From Octopus sinensis (Eukaryota), in assembly GCF_006345805.1 (NCBI RefSeq), contig NC_042997.1, positions 133,982,001 through 134,046,000 on the forward strand: a DNA stretch of 64,000 nt. The letters are read 5' to 3'. Positions within the stretch are counted from its first letter, which is position 1, and the number at the start of each line of letters is the position of its first letter. The notes beneath the pieces are model-generated. The model searched no databases. It was given only the letters and a program-made list of their open reading frames with translations, and had not been told where the DNA came from. A program made the position numbers and the translations under genes. Shown here in pieces: positions 48,142 through 58,413 of this stretch.

Positions 48142-49396
48142 TATATATATATATATATATATATATAACAAAATAATAAATAAAACATATGCATATATGC
48201 ATACATATATGTACGTACCTACATCTATCTATATATGTATGTATATATGCATGTTTTATTTATTATTTTATTATTATATAATGAAACGCCACGCATCCTT
48301 TTCCAAGCATATACATATATATATTTATATTCATAGGTCAATATAAAGTTTGAGACCCCTTAACGAAAAAAAAAAAAAAAAAAACCAGGCTGCTAGGTGT
48401 TGAAAAGAGTGTTGAAAGCGAATATGGAAACAAAAAAAAATGAAAATGCGCAAAAAACGTGGGGTTGTGGTGAGAGGACTTTCGGAAATTTCACAAGATT
48501 CGATTTTTCCCTCATAACTTTCAGGAAAATGGATATATATATTGATGAAATTTTATAGAAATACCGTTCAAATGACGCAAATCACGATTATAAACACGTT
48601 TCTGGGGGAGGACTGTTGGAAAATTCACTGTTTTTTCCCCTCATAACTTTCCGGATCTAGTTTAGCGCCTGGTCACCAAAACGCATTTTTTTTCACCGGA
48701 TTCCTATGTTTTCGCTGTCGGAGATTCCGAATATGCGAAAAACCACGTTTTCAAAATTTTAAATTCCACCCCGCCACCCACAAGTTTTTAATTTTTAACT
48801 TTTTTCGAAACTTCTTTTCAATCTACGTGAAAAAATACAGAGATTAAGAATATGGTGGTGGTGGTGGTGGTGGTGGTGGTGGGGGGGGATTTTGATTTCA
48901 AATTTTTTTTAATGAAAAACTCAAAAATTGATCAACCCCCCCCGCCACCTCATCCCCCTGTCTAAAAGTGAAAATGAACGACTGTTTTATCTGTTTCCGC
49001 ATGCGTAGATTTATAGTGAAACAGCAAAAGGATCACGGAGTGTGAAGCCCTCACCACGAAACTCGATATGCTAAAAATAACAGCTAAACATCTGGAGAAA
49101 TTTTGTGTTTGTGTGCACGCGCGTACAACAATTTCTACAGTTTATCCGAATGAACAGAGAAACAAGTACACAAAATATATTTTATATACCTGTCGTATAC
49201 GTCGGTTTTTTTTTTTTCGCTTTAAAGGTAAACGATTCGGTGCCAGTGTAGTATGTGATCTACATGCCAACTTAAATCTAGACAAGCTTGCGATCTGCAA
49301 TCAAAATTTTGTTATAAATTTGTAATTATAAATAGTAAGTTAAACATTTAAAAAATAAAAGATTTTTATTTCACACTAGAAACATGAATACTGTGA

Positions 49397-49614
49397 CTCT
49401 CTTTTACTCTTTTTCTCTTTTACTTGTTTCAGTCATTTGACTGCGGCCATGCTGGAGTACCGCCTTTAGTCGAGAAAATCGACCCCAGGACTTATTCTTT
49501 GTAAGCCTAGTACTTATTCTATCGGTGTCTTTTGCCGAACCGCTAATTTACGGGGACGTAAACACGCCAGCATCGGTTGTCAAGCGATATTGGGGGACAA
49601 ACACAGCCACACAA

Positions 49615-49646
<32 letters not shown>

Positions 49647-49823
49647 TTACACATATATACGACGGGCTTCTTTCAGTTTCCGTCTACCAAATCCACTCAC
49701 AAGGCTTTGGTCGGCCCGAGGCTATAGTAGAAGACACTTGCCCAAGGTGCCACGCAGTGGGACTGAACCTGGAATCTAGTGTTTGGTAAGCAAGCTACTT
49801 ACCACACAGCCACTCCTGCGCCT
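49397..49823 (-). mobile_element. SINE family A, CpG-intact
   Basis: Full head-to-tail match to family A. Confidence 0.88.
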
Positions 49824-50150
49824 GTTTGTATACAGCACGGATATTATTTAAAAATGCAATAAAGAGATTCTGCTCATTTCATCTTGATATCTTCCAACAA
49901 GTGAAATCTAAATGAGATTGAAATGCTCGCAATGGAACACCTCTCACAAACTATACCATTTGAACTAATGTAGGTCACAAACTGTACCAGAAACATGTAT
50001 GTAGGTCACATACTACACCGGCACGCACCAACGATTCTGATAGATTCTGGTGTCAGTTCATTGGAGTAATCCCAACGAAATACTACAAGTTTAGTCACTG
50101 GCTCAGCACTTATGTTTGTGTTCTTTATGCCAAAATAATAAAAAAACTTT

Positions 50151-50205
50151 AACCAAAGCCTTGTGAGTGGATTTGGTAGACGGAAACTGAAAGAAGCCCG
50201 TCGTA

Positions 50206-50253
<48 letters not shown>

Positions 50254-50480
50254 TATGCGTGTGTGTGTTTGTGTGTCTGTGTTTGTCCCCCTAGCATTGC
50301 TTGACAACCGATGCTGGTGTGTTTATGTCCCCGTTACTTAGCGGTTCGGCAAAACAAACCGATAGCATAAGTACTGGGCTTACAAAAGAATAAGTCCCGG
50401 GTTCGAGTTGCTCGATTAAAGACGGTGCTCCAGCATGGCCGCAGTCAAATGACTGAAACAAGTAAAAGAGTAAAAGAGTA
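50151..50480 (+). mobile_element. SINE family A, 5'-truncated
   Basis: Begins at ACCAAAGCCTTGTGAGTGG, ends GAGTAAAAGAG. Confidence 0.85.
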
Positions 50481-51229
50481 TACTTTCAAAATGGGATTTC
50501 ATCCATGTGATCCGCGTGCGTATATGTGTAAGTGTGTGCGTGTGAGAGGGCTGTTGGTGCGCAAGAAAAACATTTCGGGAAATTATCTTGCACAATGTTG
50601 CACATCTGAATTTCTTTATAATTGTGATAATGAAACACGCGGTTTAGTCCTTACTGCCAAAATTAATTTTTTTCTCTCTTTTTCAATATTCAGTTAAAAG
50701 AGAGAATATGTTGTTTTACCAACAACGTTAAAATTTTAGTAACAGAATAATCCTCACGTGGTTGAAAAATATATTTAGTAGAGATGACCCAGAAGTTGTT
50801 GCTCTTCAATTACTATCGCAAACAGCAGAAGGTTTCTTCAGTTGAATACGCGTCGTTGATTGATTAAAATCACCAAAATACAACTTTAATGCGAAATAGT
50901 TTCTAAAATACGAAGTTTTCTTAAAAATGTTGAAGGTAAGCCGTGTTCAGCGTGAGAAATTACACCAGTATACGAAGTTTCAAACTGTTTAGTTAAAAAA
51001 AGAATATTAAAAAAATCTGTGAGCTAAACTGAAGCGTTATCCCAGGAAGCGTTATACGGCCTAAGGCAATAGTGGCCGTGTGGGAAACAAGTTTCTTACC
51101 ACACGGGTTCGCTTGCGCCTATAGTTTTAAAAGAGCAATTTCTAATGGGCGCAGGTAGTTTATAATAATCAGCGCTGACAATAATCACGCAATGAATTGA
51201 ATCTTATTGTCCGCCGCCTTGCTGTAATT

Positions 51230-51530
51230 TATCTTTTACTTTTTATTTGTTCAGTCATTGTATGGCGGCCATACTGGGGCACCGCCGTGAAGAGTTTAGT
51301 CTAACAATCGCCTCTAGTCGTTTCCGATTTAAGTCTGGTACCTATTCTATTGGCCTTTTTTGCCCAACTGCCCAACCGTCAAATTACGGGGTTGTAAACA
51401 AACCAACACCGATTGTGAAATGGCGATGGGGGAACAAACAAATACACACAGATGCACACACACACACACACGCATGCATACACACACGCGCGCGCACACA
51501 CATGCACAGACGCTTATTTCTATATGACAC
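51230..51530 (-). mobile_element. Diverged family A-related SINE 3' half
   Basis: GGCGGTGCCCCAGTATGGCCGCC tail and internal (CA)n. Confidence 0.65.
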
Positions 51531-52279
51531 ATCCACTATATCCACTATGATCGTTTTCCAAATTCATTTTGAAGGAACTGGTCGGTTCGAGTTTGTAGTA
51601 TTTACCCAAGGTGGTGTGCAGTGAGATTTTGCTGGAAACCAGTAGTTGCAAAGAAAGCTATTTAACCTCACAATCAAACAAAATCTAACTCTAAAAACAA
51701 AATTATTCCAACACACCTTCACTTCTGAGCTGGAGGAAGGAATAAAATAACAGGTGAATTTCGTCACATTTTCACAAAACTATTCGACTAAATATTCTTT
51801 CGTTCTTTTTCTGTTTCCGTTTCCTGTTCTCTTTTCTTTTATTTTCTTTCTTCTTTGTTTTTCTTTTTACCAGTTACAAAATTGAAAACTAATGATGTCA
51901 TTGTATCAAAATAGGAAAGCAGGATTTCCTCGTATGTATATTTGAATATTTGTGTTTCTGCAGTTGTTTTTGAACTTCAAAAGGATAATCAGATGTCGAA
52001 ATACCGTTCATACAGTTAAATAAACGGTTAACCTCTAGTGTTTGACCCGAGCCAAAAAAAAAAAAAAGTGTAATAGGTGTGAAGACATAAATGGAAAACA
52101 AGACAAACAACATAAAGAACGACCCATCATCAGTTGTTGGCTGTTTTTCTACTCTCGTATTTCGATTATTTAACACCAAAATACGCTTTCGATAAAACAG
52201 TTGCTCCTGCAAAGCAAATTAATTAAAGTTTGTGATTTTGCGGAGGATCAAAATTGGTGACACAAACAAGACAGTGAAA

Positions 52280-52480
52280 ACAAACAGGTAGGTTTGCGAA
52301 GCTTAAACGAGGTTGTGTTGGCGAACGCGTAAATCAAGCTTGGACAGGAGACAGACAAGAACACGTCTACCTTGCCCCAGTTACAACGGAGAGAAAGAAA
52401 GAAACACAAGTTAGGAGAAGAAAGAAAAATGGCCGACGGTCACGTGGGAGCCTTGCTCGCGTGGCTCCAAGTGAAAGCTA
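52280..52480. promoter_or_regulatory. Candidate CpG-retaining promoter / first exon
   Basis: Non-repeat, CpG-containing stretch with AAAATGGCCG (YY1-like) next to GTCACGTG (E-box); minus-strand donor CAAG|GTAGAC at 52371/52370. Motif inference only. Confidence 0.35.
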
Positions 52481-52750
52481 GATAGCATTTAATGTACAGT
52501 GTATTAAAATAAAAATCCCAAATATTATGTAATTTGCTTTGTGGAAGCAACTGTTTATGGAAACGAGAGTACAAAAACAGCTAACAACCGATGAAGGGTC
52601 GTTCTTTATGTTGTTTGTCTTGTTTTCCATCTGTGTCTTTCGTCGTTCGAAAAAATAGTTCATATTCCATGTATTCGTACTTCGTATTTTGTGTTGTACA
52701 CGTTTCGCGACGTTCTGTGTCCACATATGCATATATATACATACATATAC

Positions 52751-52784
<34 letters not shown>

Positions 52785-52801
52785 GTATATATGTATGTAT
52801 G

Positions 52802-52849
<48 letters not shown>

Positions 52850-52907
52850 TAATATATATATATATAATATATATATATATAAATAAATAAATATGTGTGT
52901 GTGTATT

Positions 52908-53330
52908 CTTTTGCTCTTTTATTCTTTTACTTGTTTTAGTCATTTGACTGCGGCCATGCTGGAGCACCGTCTTAAGAGGGTTTTTAGCTGAGGTAATCGA
53001 CCCCAGAACTTATTCTTTGTAAGCCTATTACATATTCTGTTGGCTTCTTTGGCCGAACCGCTAAGTTATGGGGACATAAACACCCCAACATCGGTTGCCA
53101 AGCAACGGCGGAGGGATAAACACAGATTCAAAGACACATATAAATACACACACACACGCACACATAGATATATATACGACAGGCTTCTTCCAGTTTCTGC
53201 CTAGCAAATCCACTCACAAGGCTTTGCTCGGCCCGAGGCTACTGTAAAAGACACTTGTCCGAGGTTCCATGCAGTGGGACTGAGCCCTGAACCATGTGGT
53301 TGTGAATCAAGCTTCTTATCACACAGCCAT
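52908..53330 (-). mobile_element. SINE family A, diverged
   Basis: Matches family A sequence. Confidence 0.82.
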
Positions 53331-53553
53331 TTACTGCTCCATTAAGGTGGGATCAACAAAAATTGTACTCTACCCAGTGAAAGATAAATAGCATTGAATG
53401 TACACTGTATTAAAAGAATAACTACTTATAGTTTACATTATTTACATTTCACGGATATTTGTCCTCATCTTGCTTGCTGTTAACACAAAATTTAGGCTGA
53501 TATACCCGCCAGGTGTCTTGGGGAAATTTCGAACCTGGGTTCTCATTCCTAAG

Positions 53554-53648
<95 letters not shown>

Positions 53649-53812
53649 TCACTGCCTGGAATCGAACTCGGAATCTTGCTGTTGGTATCCCGCGCTCTTA
53701 ACCATTACGCCCACGGGCATATGGCATAGTTGTTAAGAGCGCGGGCTACTAACCGCAAGATTCCGAGTTCGATTCCAGGCAGTGACCTGAATAATCATAA
53801 TCATAATAATAA

Positions 53813-53857
53813 TTTTACCCCAGTGTCACTTTGATGGCATGCACTGCTCTCTCACTC
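53813..53857 (+). mobile_element. Element X, 45-bp 3' end inserted in (AAT)n
   Basis: TTTTACCCCAGTGTCACTTTGATGGCATGCACTGCTCTCTCACTC then AAT. Confidence 0.85.
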
Positions 53858-53920
53858 AATAGTAATAATAACATCGAAAAATACCTTATGAATGAGAACC
53901 CAGATTCGAAATTTTCCCAA

Positions 53921-53966
53921 GACACCTGATGAAGGCTGGAGGGTATATCAGCCGAAACATTGTGTC
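53921..53966 (+). ncRNA. Minimal type I hammerhead-like motif
   Basis: GACAC-CUGAUGA-A-GGCUG(GAGGGUAUAU)CAGCC-GAA-ACAU-U-GUGUC; stems I and II perfect, stem III probably mutated from ACGU. Confidence 0.62.
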
Positions 53967-54321
53967 AACAACAAACAAGATGAGGACAAATATCCGTCAA
54001 ATGTAAATAAGGTAAATAATTCCTGATCTCTTAAATATAGAACTGTACTTATAGTTTCTTGCTATTGAGACACATGGTAGAGCAGATTTTTATAACGTGC
54101 CTTGTGTGTGCAAACAATCCTTGAGCTCGGGGCACATAGTTTGTTCTATCTGAAAAACAGAATAATCCACCAGAAAAAAAGAGAGTGTCAACAGAAGGAC
54201 GAGAAAGATTTTTTTCTCGTGGTTTCTCATGGACCAGCGTCCTGTTTTTCAAATAGACAAACCATGTACCTAGAGCCTGAGGTTTGCTCGGAGACACAAG
54301 GCACCTTCTAAAATTTACCTG

Positions 54322-54748
54322 ACCACATATATATTTCTTTACTACCCACAATGGGCTAAACACAGAGAGGACAAACAAGGACAGACAAACGGATTAAGTC
54401 GATTATATCAACCCCAGTGCGTAACAGGTCCTTAATTTATCGACCCCGAAAGGACGAAAGGCAAAGTCGACCTCGGCTAATTTGAACTCAGAACGTAACG
54501 GCAGACGAAATACCTATTTCTTTACTACCCTCAAGGGGCTAAACATAGAGGGGACAAACAAGGCCAGACATACGTACTAAGTTGATTACATCGACCCCAG
54601 TGCGTAACTGGTACTTATTTAATCGACCCCGAAAGAATGAAAGGCAAAGTCGACCTCGGCGGAATTTGAAGTCAGAACGTAGCGGCAGACGAAATACTGC
54701 TAAGCATTTCGCCCGACATGCTAACGATTCTGCCAGCTCGCCGCCTTC
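54322..54748 (-). mobile_element. SINE family B partial-tandem dimer
   Basis: Same junction as at 35.0 kb (GGCAGACGAAATACCTATTTCTTTACTACCC at ~54500-54530). Confidence 0.85.
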
Positions 54749-55128
54749 TACCTGACCACATATTTTAATACAATGTATAAATGGCTTGTAGGTACGCAGT
54801 ATTTCATTATGCAAGTCACAAATATGTACGTGCCAGCTTCCAGGAATGCGTTTAATATGTAAATTGTTATATCCAGTAACCAAACACCGCTGAATACAGT
54901 GGATATATAAGCAATATGTTCGAGGATGTTTAAAGGGTTAAATTAGTGCTGATGAAGGGGTAAAACTCCGCGAAGTATAGCATATACACATATTACCCTT
55001 TTCTCATCTTCGATTTCATTGTTTGTTTACACCCGACGTCTCGTATACGAAACGTCGTGGCAAAAATCAGTGGTGGGTATAATTTCTATAGAGTATCTGT
55101 AGAGGTAACCAGAACAGTGTACATTAAA

Positions 55129-55183
<55 letters not shown>

Positions 55184-55301
55184 TAGATATATATATAAGT
55201 TCAGCAAAATTTAGATTCAGATGAATATGGTACTTAAGTCAGAGGCACCAGAATTTTGTATGGCATTATCCAAATAAATCCATGGGTGATTATATTATAT
55301 T

Positions 55302-55348
<47 letters not shown>

Positions 55349-55371
55349 ATATATATATATATATATTATAT

Positions 55372-55435
<64 letters not shown>

Positions 55436-55470
55436 TATATAATATATATATATATTATATATATATATAT

Positions 55471-55878
55471 AGGCGTGGTTGCGTGGTAAGTTGCTTGCTT
55501 ATCAACCACATGATTCCGTGTTCAGTCTCACTGCGTGGCACCTTGGCCAAGTGTCTTCTACTATAGCCTCGGGCCGACCAAAGCCTTGTGAGTGGATTTG
55601 GTAGACGGAAACTGAGAGAAGCCCGTGGTATGTATGTATGTATGTATGTATGTATGTATGTATGTATGCATGTATGTATGTATGTATGTATGTATGTGTG
55701 TGTCTGTTTGTTCCCCCAACATCGCTGGTGTGATTACGCCCCCGTAACTTAACGGTTCGGCAAAGAGACCGATAGAATAAGTACTAAGCTTAAAAAGAAT
55801 AAGTTTTCGGGTCTTCGACTAAAGGCGGTGCTCCAGCATGGCCGCAGTCAATTGACTGAAACAAATAAAGGATAAAAG
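55471..55878 (+). mobile_element. SINE family A
   Basis: Matches family A sequence. Confidence 0.85.
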
Positions 55879-55909
55879 TATCTATCTATCTATCTATATA
55901 TATATATAT

Positions 55910-55989
<80 letters not shown>

Positions 55990-56439
55990 GGGGAAAAAAG
56001 TCAAGGTAGAAAAGGCTAAGATAATTTTATAAATAACATTTCAGAACCGGTTTCAGGCATTGAGAAATTTTTCAACTAAGAGATTCGGAAAACAATTAAA
56101 CGTCGGAAAAGTTAAAAGAAATGTTTTTAAAAGAATATTTGCTTAGTATTCATATACAAGGGAATTTTCCTTGTATCCGCCTGTCTCTGTCTCTCTTGTT
56201 TACTCTTGTGGGTTCGAGGTCGTTGTAAATTCTTGGCCTAAATATATATATATAAATATATATATATCTGCTTTTGTGTTTAATCGGCAGAAGTTATAAA
56301 AAGCTGAGAAATTGCCTATAAGTTAAGAGAGCTTCTATTTATAACGATAAATGATATATGACGATAAATATAACTATATCTCAATTGTTCTGGATAAAAT
56401 AAGGAAAAAAAACAAAAAACGATTACGTTAATATAACAA

Positions 56440-56602
56440 GCACCAGTCATGTACAGGGATTGATGTAATCGACTAAAGGTTCCCTCAGTATTTCATATTT
56501 GTGCTTCTTGTGGAAAGGAGTCAATAAAATTAGTACCAGTTAAGTACTGGTGTCGTTGTAATCGACTTACCCCACTCCCGAAATTGCTGGCCTTGTGCCA
56601 AA

Positions 56603-56605
<3 letters not shown>
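56440..56605 (-). mobile_element. SINE family B' 3' fragments
   Basis: TTAGTACCAGTTAAGTACTGGTGTCG...CCGAAATTGCTGGCCTTGTGCC. Confidence 0.6.
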
Positions 56606-56633
<28 letters not shown>

Positions 56634-57185
56634 GAGTGAGAGAGCAGTGCATGCCATCAAAGTGACACTGGGGTAAAATATACGAAGCCCAATATACCCA
56701 TCATGACTACCCGTCTGATAAAGGTACACCAGGCACATGCATCACAACCATATGTGCGCGACATAGTGATCTCATATCAAGATAAACAGCACATGACCTT
56801 GCAGGTGGGGCCCAGTTAGAATTTTCTTCAAGTTGAGTAGCCCATCCCGCTCAAACGGTCCCTGAATAAGGGTTGTTTAAGGATGTTGAAAGAACCACCC
56901 ATGTTTCCAGAGGTGAACTATTCAAACCCCAAAGAATCCCTCTCAACACATGGCTATGATGCTCCCCACTACTTCTGCTCGTGATCAGAGATGCACATAT
57001 TGTCAGCCACTAAGGGACATGCTCAACTGGTTAAGGTCAAACAACTGACAAGCAAATCTGTGGTATTGAGCAGAATATTTGCTGTAGCCCATCTTTTATA
57101 CCAAGACAAAACATGTACATGATAACACTTCCAATCAGTTAAGATCAGAAGCCATGAGAGCCACTGCCTGGTACTGCATCAGGGC
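56634..57185 (-). mobile_element. Element X, full-length (552 bp)
   Basis: Reverse complement of 5422-5975 with identical termini; sits between (ATT)n runs directly 3' of the long LINE, same orientation. Confidence 0.9.
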
Positions 57186-57247
57186 ATTATTATTATTATT
57201 ATTATATATTATTATTATCATTATTATTATTATTATTATTATTATCA

Positions 57248-57353
<106 letters not shown>

Positions 57354-57360
57354 ATTATTA

Positions 57361-57463
<103 letters not shown>

Positions 57464-57657
57464 CATTATTATTGTTATTATTATTATTATTATTATTACT
57501 TTTTTTTCTTCTTTCAAATTTGCTTCCATTTCTTGCCGAGTGTCATCCCGACTCCTAGGGCAAAGAAAATCATAGTATACAATGGTAGGCCATTAAACCA
57601 AAGTCAGTAGTTCGTTCATTTTCATGTTAAATTAAAATACATGAGCAGCAACAGTTC

Positions 57658-58413
57658 TCAAATCGACAATGCTCTTCTCAATACGTGTGATGTACCAGTT
57701 AAGGCAATCTTTTGCACTTCTTGCAGGGATGGTAAGCCAGGGATCATTCTCATATAATTTTCGGTTCCCTTCTTGATCATTCCTAGTGCTCCTACGATCA
57801 CTGGTATTGTAACCGCCTTGAGATGTCACATTTTCTCAATTTCAATGAGTAGGTCTTTATATTTTCTGAGCTTGTCAAACTCTTTCGCTGAGATATTATG
57901 ATCACAGGGGATGCTCATGTCGATCAATAAGCAAACTTTATTGTTTTGGTCTTTCACAACAATATCTGGTTTATTGTCCTTGATGGTTCGGTCTGTATGT
58001 ACTGGAAAGTCCCACAGAATGGTTACATTTTCTCCTTCAGTTACAGCCTCAGGGTGGTGATTATACCACTTGTCGGCAGTTTTGATATTGTAATGCCGAC
58101 TTATTAGCCAGTGGAGATATTGGCCAACTCTGTCATGTCTTAATTTATACTCCACTGGTGCTAAGACTTTACATCCAGAGATTAGGTGGTCCACTGTTTC
58201 AATCATGTCGTTGCAGAATCGGCATTTTGGGTCTGCTCCATTTTTCATCACATTGGCCTGGTAGTTCCGGGTTAATAGGCTTTGATCTTGAGCAGCCAGG
58301 ATGAAACCTTCGCTCTCTGCTTTTAGCCCTGAGCTCCGTAGCCACTGATGGGTTTGCTTCTGGTCAACATCAGCTTGTTTGCTGCGGGTCACATATTTGC
58401 CGTGCAGAGGTTT
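57658..58413 (-). pseudogene. In-frame continuation: CCHC zinc knuckle and restriction-like endonuclease (second premature stop TGA at 57826-57828)
   Basis: KPLHGKY...CRFCNDMIETVDHLISGC...RHDRVGQYLHW...KPDIVVKD...LIDMSIP...KEFDKLRKYKDL..EIEKM*HLK..IPVIVGALG...HVLRRALSI*. Confidence 0.92.

Larger units (their letters stand above)
53432..54047. mobile_element. Head-to-head pair of a tRNA-headed element with (AAT)n linker and Penelope-type tail
   Basis: 53432-~53710 is the reverse complement of ~53722-54016; A-box TGGCATAGTTG (53722), B-box AGTTCGATTCC (53766); tail contains a hammerhead fold. Confidence 0.82.

Noticed and set aside
48335-49380. MITE- or Helitron-like unique-looking segment
   Set aside because: No TIRs, TSD, terminal hairpin-CTRR or second copy identifiable in the window, so left unannotated.
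51873-51935. Plus-strand exon after a strong polypyrimidine tract
   Set aside because: Stops in all three frames, weak donor, no supporting neighbour; the tract may be simple low-complexity sequence.
53641-53790. Two tRNA genes
   Set aside because: A/B boxes present but no convincing acceptor stem or cloverleaf; they are SINE heads.
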